Assembly: GCF_011386835.1 (NCBI RefSeq)
Contig: NC_088795.1
Location: 75,950,001 to 76,014,000, forward strand
Direction: 5' to 3'
Origin: Chrysemys picta bellii
Lineage: Eukaryota
Length of the DNA stretch: 64,000 nt
The notes beneath the pieces were generated by a model. It saw only the letters and a program-made list of their open reading frames with translations, searched no databases and was not told the origin of the DNA. This document shows positions 49,899-63,224 of the stretch, in pieces. Position 1 is the first letter of the stretch; the number at the start of each line of letters is the position of its first letter. The translations under genes were made by a program, and so were the position numbers.

Positions 49899-50385
49899 GT
49901 GGAAAAATTGGAAAGAGTCCAGCGGAGGGCAATAAAAATGATTAGGGGACTGGGAGCACATGACTTATGAGGAGAGGCTGAGGGAACTGGGATTGTTTAG
50001 TCTGCAGAAGAGAAGAATGAGGGGGGATCTGATAGCTGCTTTCAACTATCTGAAAGGGGGTTCCAAAGAGGATGGATCTAGACTGTTCTCAGTGGTTCCT
50101 GATGACAAAACAAGGAGTAATGGTCTCAAGTTGCAGTTGGGGAAGTTTAGGTTGGATATTAGGAAAAACTTTCACTAGGAGGGTGGTGAAGCACTGGAAT
50201 GGGTTACCTACAGAGGTGGTGGAATCGCCTTCCTTAGAGGGGGCCACTTAGGGATCTTAAGGTCAGGCTTGACAAAGCCCTGGCTGGGATGATTTAGTTG
50301 GGGATTGGTCCTGCTTTGAGGAGGTCATCTAGTCCAACCCCCTGCTGAGGTCCCTTCCAACCCTGATATTCTATGATTCTATGAT
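49899..50385 (+). mobile_element. CR1 LINE 3' end
   Basis: ORF 49960..50178 ([24 protein letters not shown]); attctatgattctatgat tail. Confidence 0.95.
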
Positions 50386-51189
50386 ACAGCCATACATTTA
50401 TTTAAAAGAATTAGGGTATTTGTCTAGAACATTTCATGCTAACAGCATGACTAATCTTTGTCATGTCAGAACATAGAAAGGATCACCTGTGTCCCTCCAA
50501 TGCTGCCACTGTAGATAGTCAGAAAATTTACAAACATATTCCAAAATGCTATTTGTTTCACTTAAATTTTCTAACCAGCCCTACGAAGCACGTACCTCTA
50601 AAGGTGCATACATGTTTTCACAATATTAAGAAGGTGATCTAGCAGGTGTACAATTAAGATTGGAATGTTTTTGCCCTTGAAGCAGAGGCTAAATCCCTGA
50701 AATCACTATTAAATTTAGAACATTCTGCACATCAAACTTTTAAATTTTAATCAGCAGCAGAAATTTTAATTTTCCATATACTTTTCAGAACAAATGTCAC
50801 TTTGCTTCCCAAACAGATTTAAAAACACATTTGTTTTGTCAGTCTAATGTTTTGCCGAGGCTCCTGTAATTTATGCATGCATGCACACACACACACAAGA
50901 AAATTTGCACATAACTTAGTCTACATAGAACACAGACATAGGTGAACTAAAAAAAAAATCCAAAGCTGCTGTACATCACTCTAATTTCGTCTCTGTAACA
51001 GAACTGATGAAACCCTGAGTGTGTGTTTGCCACTTCCATTATATAATGCCACCCCACTTAGGGTAAAAGTCCCCCCTTCTCCAGCCAACTTGTGTTGCAC
51101 AATTCAAATCCCCAGTCCTGTTTCCCAACCTACCTTCCTGGCTACAGCCCCTCACTACTGCTTCTGTTCTATATAGGTTTCTATACTGT

Positions 51190-51720
51190 GCTCATCATGG
51201 TAGTATTTGAATGCTTTCCAGTAGTGCATGAATGTAACTAATGTCAGTCATGTTTTGTTCGCTCATCCTCTCCTCAGAGGGAGAAGTGTAGACAGTGGTG
51301 TGTTTTCTTTTGGATTTATATATAGATTATATAAACATGCTGCTAAATGTTTGTTGGAGAAGGCAAGGCTGAAGAAGTGTGATGTGCACTTGCAGTGGAA
51401 GATGGTTTCTGATTGTCGTTAGTTCCTGCGGGAGTCAATTCCACAGTCTTGGGCTGGCCCCTGACAAAGCTGTCTCTTGCGTGCTGCTCCTTTGCGCACA
51501 TACTGCCTAGTCCATTCTCTCCACCCCAGCCTCCTGTGTTTCCGTTAAGATTTGCTGCAGGAGTCAGGTATATCAGACAGAGGCTCCTCTCCGGCAAAAT
51601 GTGGGAGATCTGCCAGTCTGAGAAGGAGCTTATGTGAGAGCTACAAGCTCTGCTTCTCAGAGCAAGACTTGCAGGCATAGTTGCCTATCTAGGTCCTTCA
51701 CATTCCCCTGGTGCTGTTAA
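51190..51720 (-). mobile_element. L2-like remnant
   Basis: Resembles the L2 3' region; old and degenerate. Confidence 0.4.
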
Positions 51721-53139
51721 ATAATTTATTTGTTCATGGGGTAAAGGGCCTACAATAGTAGGAGGCATCAAAGAAAGTGGTCTCAGAAACCGAGCTAATG
51801 GCTCCACTAAGGAAGCAGTTTTTCCAGCAAACTGTGCTTCCTAATGGTTTTCCAGAGAAGCCCTGGTCTGCTGCTGAAACTTATGTTTGAGGAATGCTGA
51901 GGGAAGCAGGGAGATTCGGAGCATGGACAGAGGTAGGTATGGGAAAGGGTCAGGGCACTACCTGACTATGAAAATCTAAGGGGCAGAGCTGGAGAGGCAG
52001 CCAGGGAGGTTCCTTCCCAGGAATTAACAAATCCCTGGTTTTCACCAGCCATGAGGGGTCCATCATGCAGATTAGACCTTGCAGCTTCTCTAGCTTTTCC
52101 AGAACCTCTGTGCATGAAACTCTACTACTCAAGACAGTGCAGGACACCTGGACTGAATGGTATTTTCTGACATTATCCAATCTGGTTTCAGCTTGGCATA
52201 TGACAAATGCCCATCATACAGACCAATACTGTGTCATTTTACTTCCAGAAATGAGCTCAAAGCAGTTTTCAAAACTATCAGCTGCATTCAAAACTACCGA
52301 TTGTAGCCACATAGCTACCAGCTACAGCAAATAAACCAAATGCATGGACCAGCTACAGTAAATGGGATTTCTATGGAGTATTTCTGTTCATCCCCCTTTA
52401 GTAAGTTTCATTCAATGAGAATGGGAAAATAGTCTTCAGCCTGAAGGTACTTCTATATGAAATCCTGCAGGAGTCAGATTTTTGGATGTGATTGGGTGAC
52501 AAGACTTTATGGTTTCACTGGGAAGCAGGGGGCTAATTCTGGTATAGAACATGTGGAAGTAAAGCCTCTAGTGAATGTAACTCATTACTGACTCCCACCA
52601 GAGGTCAGTCAAACTATGGGAATGGAATGCAAGTCTCTAGTACAAAGGGCTGATTGATTCTATTGCTGGTCATATTCTAGAACTATGCATTTTTTTACTT
52701 CAGTTTTGACCCCGACTAGGCTAGAGGTGCGTTTCAAAATCATTTCTTAATTGTGTCAGAGTAATTGTCCATACTGTGGATGGATATATATGCCCATACT
52801 TTATACCACAATCTCGGTGTAAAAAAAGCTGTGGGAGAAAAAACAAACAAACAAAACTTATTCTACTAGCTAATTCTATGTTTTAATATTTAGTGATTTA
52901 AAAAGAATTTTCTTAGGAAACAGCAAGCACCAATTCTGTAAATATTTTGCAGTCATTGTCAGGACTCCAGAATTAAAGTTGCAACCAGGTAGGGTGACCA
53001 GACAGCAAATGTGAAAAATCAGGACACAGGGTGGGGGTGGGGGAGTAATAGGAGCCTATATAAGGAAAAAAAACAAAAAATCAGGACTGTCCCTATAAAA
53101 ATCAGGATGGTCCCAGGGGCTTTCCCAGAACAAGCAGCA

Positions 53140-54420
53140 GCCCTAGTTTGAGAACTACTGCCTTAGACCCCATGCCAGTCACAAACTGGGGGAAGATAAG
53201 TATTCTTTTGCTTAACTTGCCCACAGGACCTAATCTAGTAGGCATACTTCTACCTTGCCTACCAGATCAGTCCATTATAGGTGAGTTTACATAAAACAGC
53301 TGAGGGAGGGCAAAGGCTCTTCCTTGTAACTTTTAGCCCAGTGGTTAGGGTACTCCACTGGGATGTGGGAGGCCTCCAGTTCAAGTCCTTCCTCCATCTG
53401 ATTGGGGGGGGGGGGGGAAGGGATTTGCAGAGGGATCCACCACCTCTCAGGATAGTCCCCTCTCCCAGCCACTGGGCTCTGGAATATTCCCAGATGAGGT
53501 TTGCTAAGGGCTGATCTACACTGGAAAATTAGATTGACCAGCTACATCACTCATGAGTGTGAAAAGTCCACCCCTCTGAGTGATGTAGTCAATATGACCT
53601 AAGTCACCATGTAGACAGTGCTAGGTCAACGGAGGAAATATTCTGTTGACCTAGCTACCATCTCTTGGTGAGGTGGATTTACTACAGTGATGGGAGAATC
53701 CCTCTCATTGTTGTATTTAAGTGTCTACACTGAAGTGCTACAGCATTGCAGTTGTGACACTGTAGTGTTTTAAGTGTACATATAGCCTCAGTTTCTCCTG
53801 TTGAAGCTGTTCCACTGTGGCTAAATAATGAAACGAGAGCAAGAGCACATAAGACTGACACTGTAGCCTGGTGGTTACAACACTCATCTAGGGGTTCCAG
53901 TCCCCCTTCTCCAATGGCTTCTTTTAATTATTTATCTATAGTGAAACAGCTTCAACAAAAGACACTGAAGCAGTCCTATATCAGACTAGGACATTGCCCA
54001 GTGGTTAGAGCACTGAGCTGAGAGGTGGCAGATCTCTGTTCAAATACCTTTTGCCTCATCAGATAGAGGTGGGGGCTTGAACTGGAATTTCCCACATCTC
54101 AGCAGAGCATCCTAACCAATAAGGTAAGAGTTATGCGGGAGCTTCCCCTCCCCCTGCCATTTCTTACTAGAATGGCATGGGTATCTAAGCACAAGAGAAG
54201 GTTTGTGGTGGAGAATCCCAAGCAGAAGGTGGTGTCTCCCTGCAGCCCCTACTTAGGCACTGAACTCAGAGGTGTGGGCTTAGTCTCTCTCCCCATTTGT
54301 TGTATAGGGAGCCTAGGTGCTGAACTCAGGCTTTGTGAATCCAGCGATTTTCTAAGCAACTAGAAGTTAGGTGGGGCAATGCTCAACATCACCATGCCTA
54401 AGTTTTTGTGACTGTAACCC
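53140..54420. mobile_element. non-autonomous repeat carrying inverted tRNA-like pairs
   Basis: Shares aacttttagcYcagtSgttag context and taggcac/gtgccta repeats with 56617-57860; boundaries approximate. Confidence 0.55.
53508..53787. mobile_element. Harbinger-type MITE
   Basis: TIRs gggctgatctacact / agtgtacatatagcc; taa/tca flanks. Confidence 0.7.
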
Positions 54421-55044
54421 TCTGTTTGATAATTCCCTCATCAGTCGTTGCACAACATACCTTTCTCAACACAGGCTCCAGTTCTTAGCTACCTGATAGA
54501 TGGAGTAGACAATGGAGAGTGCAGTCTGCTACTCCCTCCAACTCTGGTCTTCTCATCTAGGAGAAATGGCAGTGACCACATAGTCAATTATTTCAGCTGG
54601 GGGTTTCATTGCTGACCAGTAGACCCGGGACTAGATCCTCAAAAGTATTTAAGCTTTGAAGTCAGTGGGAGCTAGGTGCCTAACTGTCTTTTAGGATCAG
54701 GACCTCAGTCCCTCTTTTGGGGATTGTTGGCTAGATTGCTTCCCTATTGAGGTTTATGCAGGCTGGCCAGTAGGCATGATCCCTTCAATTTATTTCCTCA
54801 GGAGATATCCAGGATTGACATGTCCACGAGCTAGCTGACTGGTAGATCCTCTGCCACCGGCCTAATGGGACTCACAGGTGGCTTCCCCTCCCCCCACAAA
54901 TTCAGGAAAGCAAAACTCATTAATGTTCTTGGCTAGACCCACTGTTTTCATTAACTTAAATATCAAACACTCTGGGACTTTACACCCCAGAGTGTACTAG
55001 GAGATTTTAAGTCCACATATTATGTAATCTGTCAGACTCTAGAA

Positions 55045-55344
55045 CAGGGGTAGGCAACCTATGGCACATGTGCCAAAGGCAGCACGCAAGCTGATTTTCA
55101 GTGGCACTCACACTGCCTGGGTCCTGGCCACCAGTCCAGGGGGCTCTGCATTTTAATTTAATTTTAAATAAGCTTCTTAAACAATTTTAAAAACCTTATT
55201 TACTTTACATACAACAATAGTTTAGTTATATATTATAGAAAGAGACCTAAAAACAGTAGGATGTATTACTGGCACGTGAAACTTTAAATTAGAGTGAATA
55301 AATGAAGACTCAGCACACCACTTCTGAAAGGTTGCTGACCCCTG
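55045..55344. mobile_element. hAT-Charlie MITE
   Basis: TIR caggggtaggcaacct / aggttgctgacccctg; TSD ctctagaa/ctctagga (NTCTAGAN-like). Confidence 0.88.
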
Positions 55345-55622
55345 CTCTAGGAGCTGGAGTGCCCTAATCAATGCTTTAGCTGAGAATGTGCACAACTGAG
55401 TGAAAGGTGGATAGCACCGAGGCACCTGGTCTCACCACAGTCATTACATGTCAGATCAATTATTAAGGGCCCCATTGAAGACAGTGGAAGCAGGATTAGG
55501 CCTTAATGGTCTGATGGGAGTAGCTAGATAAGACTAGATAAAGAGGTCACTGGCTAATCCTAGTCGGGTAAACTAGTATAGCTGCCGAAAGTTGCATTGC
55601 TGTTCTAAATCACACGCGCGCA

Positions 55623-55666
55623 CGCACACACACACACACACACACACATACACACACACACACACA
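55623..55666. repeat. (CA)n microsatellite
   Basis: Direct reading. Confidence 0.9.
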
Positions 55667-56637
55667 CGGAAAATAAGATCTAGATTACTGAATGCCTAAA
55701 AAAGTAGTCTGTAAAATAGAGCACTTGGAAATTAACACTGTACACATTCAAATGAGTAATTCTATTAAAAGAAACATTCTCCATGTTTTCCAATACCCTT
55801 AGCACATGAAAGAGATTTAAAGACTTCTTTATATACGAGATGATTTTAATTATTTTTTATCCTAAAAAAAGTAGTGTTTATCTTGGTCTATGACATTTCA
55901 CACAATTATGCAGAGCTGTTGGATTGAAGCTGAGGGATTTGAAAGGATAGAGGACAGTGGATAAGTAGAATGTAATGCTCTTGTAAAAACCTTGGCAGTT
56001 ACTAAATTGTTCTAGTCTACAATATGTGCCAATGAGCTATTTTAAGCTAAACCTCAAATGCTAATTCAATCCTCTGGTTCCTTAAAATTGCCTCTTATCC
56101 AATCAATATTTCTGCAAGGTTATTTCACCTTTCAATATGAATTAATTAGATTTAAAATATACACCTCTTCTACCACTTCTTGTATACTTCTTGCAACAGC
56201 TGTGTAATTGCTTTATAGTCATACTTGTATCTATCTTATTTGTAAAGAAAAGCTGGCTGAGAAATAGAAGAAAGAAATTATGTGAATCAATGTGAGACTG
56301 GTTAGCAAGACACTATTTATCAGATGCTGAACTGAGGTTTCTTGGTAAACACCAGCTATTACAGCAGTAATGGTTATTGCTGTAGTCAGTGTTCTAGTGG
56401 AATGTGCAATGTTGGAAAAGCTCCCATGGCTAAGAAAAATAAATCTACATCTAGGCTATATCCAATCTCACTGTCGTTAACAACTCTTTTCCCTCTTGCA
56501 TGCACATATATCCCTTGCACAAATGAATATAATTTTTGCTTCTGACTTGAAAAATATTTTGGTCCTTATGACATTATGATTGAATTGTACTAACAATAGC
56601 CATGTTTAAGAACATTGGGCTAGATCCGAAAGACTTA

Positions 56638-56922
56638 GGGCTTGTCTATACTTACCGCGCTGGTTCGGCGGCAGGCAATCGAACTTCTGGGTTCGATTTA
56701 TCGCGTCTTGTCTGGACGCGATAAATCGAACTCAGAAGTGCTCCCCGTCGACTCCGGTAATCCTGCTCGCCGCGAGGAGTACGCGGAGTCGACGGGGGAG
56801 CCTGCCTGCCGGGTGTGGACCGCGGTAAGTTCGAACTAAGGTACGTCGACTTCAGCTACGTTATTCACGTAGCTGAAGTTGCGTACCTTACTTCGATTTG
56901 GGGGTTTAGTGTAGACCAAGCC
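56638..56922. mobile_element. young CpG-rich PIF/Harbinger-type MITE
   Basis: ~15-bp imperfect TIRs, 3-bp TTA TSD on both sides, CpGs largely intact. Confidence 0.9.
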
Positions 56923-57107
56923 TTAGATGCCTATGTCTAATATTTAGATGCCACTGAGATTCTCAAAACCCCCACTCAGCTGATGCCTAAATTTCCACAT
57001 AAATTAAAGTCCCTCTAGGCACCTAGGTTTCGGTTAGTGATCCTCAAGCTAGGTGTTCCTCTGTCCATCTTGCCAGCAGGTCCCAATCCAATAGGCATGC
57101 TCAGAGT

Positions 57108-57228
57108 TAGGATTGCCAGTTTTGGTTGGACATATTCCTGGAGATTTAATCACATGACAATCTTTAATTAAGGATTAATCTTCAATTGCTGGAGACTCCA
57201 GGCCAATCTTGGAGGGTTGGCAACCTTC
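57108..57228. mobile_element. hAT MITE
   Basis: TIR taggattgcca / tggcaaccttc; perfect 8-bp TSD ctcagagt. Confidence 0.85.
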
Positions 57229-58411
57229 CTCAGAGTGTACCTAACCCTACAAAAACTGGCAGAGGAGTTAACCCTCTTACAACTTTTAGCTCAGTCGTTA
57301 GAGTAGTCATCTGGGATGTGGGTGATCCGAGTTCAGTTTCCTCCTCTGCCTGATGTACAAATGGGATTTAAACTTGGTCTCTCCCCTCCCAGCTGAGAGC
57401 CTTAAATCACTGGGCTATAGAGTCACTATTTCTGGGGCCCAATGACTATTTATTGATACAGTTGAACAGATTCAACGAGAGAGGGTATTGCCTACTTTGC
57501 AAAACACAAACAGCCCAGAAATGCAGCAGCAAGTCTGAGCCCCACTGGGCTAAAAATTTAAGGTGGGGGGGGGGGCAGAGCATCACTGCTTCTGGTGCAA
57601 ACAAGCGTATCTAACTCCAGGAAAGGGTTCATGGCTGAGAATCCTAAGCAGAGACAGGCACCTAAGTCCCCTTGAGAGATGGGGTTTAGGCCATACCCTT
57701 CTCTTTGGCTAGCTTAGGCAGCTCCCCACTCAGCCAGCTGGCTTTTGTAGATCTCATTTTTAGGCAACTAACTCTCCCCATGGTTTGTATTAGAAGCCTA
57801 TGTGCCTAACTCACAATGGTGGATTCCATTGGGTGGCAAAGCACCTAACATTTAGGTGTTGCAATACCTAAATAGAGGAGTCCTACTGTTGCTATCAGTG
57901 TTTCCCCTGACCAATGTGGCCAAGGACTTCCCACTGAAACAATATAAGGTATACACAAATACTTTATGCAATGTAGTGTCCAATTATGGAATCCTTACTC
58001 AAGTTGGTGAATGTGACCATTCTTGGGGCACCTGTCTCCAGTGTAAGGGAGTCTTTCCTATACCTGGCTGGGTGTCAGCTCCCTACCACCACCAGCCATT
58101 CAGGTTAACAGGTGCACCCCAATCCCTGAGTCAGTTTGAAGCATTCCCCTGTAATATCCAGCCACGGACACCATCTACTCCTGTCAATCACACTGCACTT
58201 CTGAGCACTTACAACAAAACAAAAGTAGGTTTATTGAAGAAAGGATAAAAATGTAATTAGAAATAAGATAAAGTGATGGAAACAACTGGTTACAATGCAA
58301 AAAAGCATAAAATATTAATAAGTAGCTTTCCTGTCTAATAAAGTAGATTTTCCCCCCTCAATTCAGTCTGTTGCAGAGCTGGCCAGTTTCACAAAAGCCA
58401 GGATCCAAACA

Positions 58412-58995
58412 TTCATAGGTTCCAAGAGCAGAGGGAACACGGATCATTCTGGTTTAACCTGTATTACATAGGCCATGGAACTGCTCCAGAATAATTACTA
58501 CATCATCTTTTAGAAAATCCATCCAATCTTAATTTAAAAGATGTCAGTGGTGGAGATTCCACCACAACCCTTAGTAAAGTGTTCCACTGATTAATTAGTC
58601 ATCATAAAATGTATTCCTTATTTCCAGTCTGAATTTGTCTAGTCTCAACTTCCAGCAATTGGACTTGGTTGCATCTTTCTCTGCTAGATTGAAGAGTCCA
58701 TTATTAAATATTTGTTCCCCTCAAAGATAATATAACTGTAGTCAAGACAGCTTAATCTTCTCTTTAAGAAGCTAAATAGATTCATGGCACTCAATCTATC
58801 ACTAAGGCATGTTTTCTAATCCTTTCATCATTTTTGTGGTTCTTCTCTGAATCCTCTCCAATTTATTAACATCCTTCTTGAATTGTTGGCACCAGAAATG
58901 GACATAGTATTCCAGCAACAGTCACCCAGTGCCAAATATAGAGCGAAAATAAGTCTACCTCTACTTGAGATTTCCCTGTTTATGCATTTCAGGAT
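58412..58995 (-). mobile_element. old CR1 3' fragment
   Basis: tcatag tail and CR1-like 3' sequence (gatggagattccaccac..tccaacttccagc). Confidence 0.7.
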
Positions 58996-59313
58996 CACAA
59001 AACCCTGTGTTGTTGTAGTAGTGTTCCTTTTTTACCTTTAGGGTTTTTAAAGTTTTCAGTTGCCTCTGGTAATTTTCCCTGGAAAGTCTTGATAAGCAAG
59101 GATAAACAATTGAGCCTTGCATTACATCACTGGCTAAATAGGGAAGGTGGCACCTCCCTCCTGCATGAATGGGCTACCACCAAGGCATATTTTCCCTGGT
59201 GAATAATTTTGACTTCAAGCCCAAGAAGAATATTTTCAATATAAACATATTATTCCTAACCTATTACAATGATTATGAGCTTGAAATTTGTCAAGATTTT
59301 CTGTAGATACCTT

Positions 59314-59963
59314 TGTCACATGATGCACTCACCATGAGCAGCAGCTCCTGCTGGTCATCCTGTGGACTAGCTCTGCCAACTTGCACTCTTCCTCCAGTGT
59401 CTTCAGTGTCTTCTCCCATCTTGTCTCACTCACTCCTAGGTTTATAGCTTCCTCTCTGTGGCTTGGCTTGCCATCCAGGTCACTAAAGTCCTCCCCTTCC
59501 AGGGAATTCAAAGTCTTTCCAGACCTGCTGTTCATCTGGCATCTCCAACGCCCTTTGCCACTCCCCCATGGTTAATAGGAGAACCCAGGCCCAGCCTCTA
59601 CACTGAGTTCCAGCCCAGTGACCCTATAACAAGCAGCCACAGTCTCTGTGCAGTCCTACCCCTTGCTGCTGTTTCCCTAGGCTTATTCCTAGGTATCAGG
59701 CTTCTACCCTTTCTGGGTTTACCAGCCTCCAACTCCTTCCATTCATTAGGCTAGCTACAACCTTTTCCACTATCAGGCACCCCCATCTCTGCAGCTAGCT
59801 ACCTGCTTTTATACAGGCCCTGCCTGTTCCTGCACAGGTGAGCCTATCCTTAATTGGCTGCCTCCAGCCTAAATCTTCCCTACTTGCAGCCTAATTAGCT
59901 GATTGGGGCCACTTGGCCTAATTCAGCTTTTGCAAGGCAAATGAGGGGAGTTCACCCAATCAC
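59314..59963. mobile_element. solo-LTR-like element
   Basis: tgtcaca ... caatcaca termini; start resembles 62346 (actcaccac..ctcctgctgg). Confidence 0.45.
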
Positions 59964-60029
59964 AACTTTACATGTTACTCTTTATGGATAAATATCCTGC
60001 AAGCTAAGCTGTGCAGCCACACAACCTAT

Positions 60030-60651
60030 TAAGCACTGTGCAGGTGCTTGGGCTGAGCTGGGGAGAGATGCCTCTCCCCCAGCCCTGAACCTGCCACGGC
60101 CAGGGGACAGGTACCCCTCCCCAAACCTAGGCCTGGCCCAGACCTGCCACAGCCAGAAGAGAGGCGCCTATCCTGCAGCCCCAACCCCAGAGCTGCCACA
60201 GCGGGGAGAGGAAGAGAGACGTTCTCCCCCAGCCCCGGAGCTGCCGTGATGGGGAGAGGTGCCTCTTTCCCCCCAGTCCAGGTGCTGCTGCAAGAAGAGA
60301 GAGCTGCGGGAGTCCTCTCTCCCTGCTGTAGCACCAGGGCAGCCTGCACCCCAAACCCCTCATTCCCAGCTCTACGCCAGAACTCACAGCCCAAGCCAGA
60401 GCCATCACCCCCCCACACACCCAAACCCTCTGTCCCAGCCTTGAGCCCCTCATCCCCAGCCCCACCCCAGAGCCTGCACCCCCAGCTGGAGCCCTCACTC
60501 TCCCACACTCCAAACCCCTCGGCCCCACCCCCACCACATGAATTTTGTTATGTGCACCAATACAGAGGGGATGTGTGACACATCCTCTCCATATTGGTGC
60601 ACATAACAATTTAATCTGCACATGCATGGGGAAAAATTAGAGGGAACATTG
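60030..60651. mobile_element. GC-rich non-autonomous DNA element, one terminus
   Basis: Ends aaattagagggaacattg; repetitive GC-rich interior. Confidence 0.5.
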
Positions 60652-61776
60652 CCTGCAAGATGTGTTTGGTGTAGTGAGTTTGTCAGATCTGAGGTCAAAG
60701 TTGTTTGCAAAGTACAGGGGACTTTTACCAAGGGGTCTCTGAGTCACAGTGAACACTTAATCATAAGTACTCCTGCCACCCACCATCTACCACCATTAAG
60801 GCCCAAGCTATTAGAAGTTATGGATACCTTAGTTTCTGGGTGCTCAGTTTGAGACATGTTGGGTCCGAGTTAAGAGGTGCTGATCTTCCATTGTCTTCAG
60901 GCTCTGCACATCTGAAATCAGGACCAAAATGCCTCAACGTGAGTATCAAAAAAGTGAGGTACTTAACATTTTCAAGAGTGTCTACTATTTTATCTTTCTA
61001 AACTACAAAAATGAAAGAGTGTCTGCGCATCATCAATCCCTTTGATAGAATAGCCCAATATGTCCAGAAAAGACAAGTCAGCACAACACTTGGTGGATAC
61101 AGATTATCTATCAAGCATCCAGAAAAGAGCTTTAGCACAATACATATATTAGAATTTATACTTCACTGAATTAGCACACAGACAGCTTTGGCAACATAGT
61201 GAGGGTGACAGTGGAGAAATGATAGGAAAATCCTGTGAGACTTATTCTTACAACTCCTATCAAAGAGCATTATCAAAGTGGCTGTGTAAAATGCTTTTAA
61301 CAGAATTCTGAAAAACAGACTAGCGCTCAAAGTTTCATGGATTTCAAATTGTTTACATTTTTAGTGAGAGACAGAAAGAGACAAGTAATAGTCAGGAAGG
61401 TGTTACAGTTAGTGAAAGGACTATACAGATACCCAGAAAACTGGGTGAGATCTAATGGAAACAACTGAAATATTTGTACGGAAATGCAAGGAGTCTGAGC
61501 ACTAAAATGGAGTAACAGGAACTACTGGTACAGCAGATCAAGCCAGACATTACAGAAACATGGTGGAAAAGTACTCATGACAGGAACAAGGGTGTTGAAG
61601 GGTATGAATAAAGATTAAGGTGGCAGGGTAGCATTGTAGATCAATGAAATGGTGAACTGTAAAGAGATATGAAATGATAGTATGGACAAAACAGAATCTG
61701 TTTGGGTCAAAATCAACTTGGGGAAGGATTATAAAAAAGTTTTATTAGGATAGTGATCAGGGTCTGCTATAGACCC

Positions 61777-63181
61777 TGTGACTGACTGGACTAGGACAGG
61801 ACTAGGAGTGTGCTGGAGGCCTCAGGGAGGTATCACACCCTATCCCAGAGAGGATGGGAAGAGAAGTCCTCCGAGAGGCCTACAGTGGTTACGGGGAAGC
61901 AGCCAATGAGGGACACTGAAGGCAGCAGCCAAACAGGGCCCAGAAGGCTCACATAAAAGAAGCTGCAGGGCCAGACTCAGTCAGTTGCTGCCTGGAGCTG
62001 GAGGAGTAAGTACTGTGTTCCTGGCTGGCTGATGGAGCAGCAGGACCATGGATAGATCAGCTGCTGGCAGGGAATGGGAAAGCACAGAGGCTGTTGGGAC
62101 TGATAATATAGTTGCTGGCAGGGACTGGGGGAGCAAGATCCCTAGCTGGCTGCTGGGACTCAGTAAGGACTGAGCCCAGGGAGGGCTACAGGAAGATAAT
62201 GTGTCCAGGGAGGAAGCCCTGGGGGTATGACTGGGACTATTTAAAGATTGAGCCTGAGGAGGGCTACAGAGATACCAACAGAGGGGTACTGGGCTAGGCC
62301 CCTGGTGGACTGTATATCCCAGAAGAGGTCTGTGCTGTTTCACATTGTGATAGGGTTGGGACTCACCACCGTGGCACCTCCCGCTTGTTGTTCTAGGAAT
62401 TAGCTCAGTCCATGGGGAGCGCCCTCTACTAGTGGTGTCCCGTCCATCCTCTGCTCCTCAGTTGTGGTCTGGACCTGCATTGCTCCCTGCTTGGTGGCAT
62501 CCTCTTCAGGACACTACCCTCCAACAGTGCTCCCTAGTCCATACTCCCCCCCTTCTAGGAGGCATTGTTCAGCAGTCCTTGCACTGGCCTCAGTGGCCAA
62601 CCACAACCTCCAAAAATCTAGCCCCTTGTCTCAAGGGCCAGTTGCAGTTTGTCTCAGCCACCCTACTGCATGGCCAGGTGCAGTACAATGGGGAATGGAG
62701 AGGACCCAGGCCCACCCACTACTCTGGGACCTGATCCAGGGACCCTCTAGTGGCAGCCTCCCTGCCCTCCTTTTCTCCCCTTGTGCAACTGTCCCTGGGC
62801 CACTTCCCCTCTGGCCCCTCACACACTCTAGGCACTCTCTCTCAAGGCCTGCAGTCTGGCAGGTTTGGGGCCGGAGCCCTACTGTGCTCTCTCTGAGCCT
62901 GCTCAGCACTGCTCTGTCCAAGGTGCTGGTCTCCTGCTCTGGAGACAGACCTTCCCCCCATGAAGGTCTGGGACAGACTGACTGCTTGCTTCCTGAGCAG
63001 CCTTCTTATAGGGCTGAGCCTGGCCCTGATTAGCTGTCTCCAATCTGGGCCCTGATTGGCTCCCAATAAGCCCTCTTCCTATGGGCTGTTCATCTGCGCA
63101 GGCCCATTGGCCTGCTGTAGCCCCCCCTCTAGCATGGGGGTGGGGCAGCCACCCCCCCCCCCCCCACACACACACACACAC

Positions 63182-63224
<43 letters not shown>

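Larger units (their letters stand above)
56617..57860. mobile_element. non-autonomous repeat with inverted tRNA-like pair, host to two nested MITEs
   Basis: Starts gggctagatcc; taggcacctaa repeats; right end uncertain. Confidence 0.55.
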
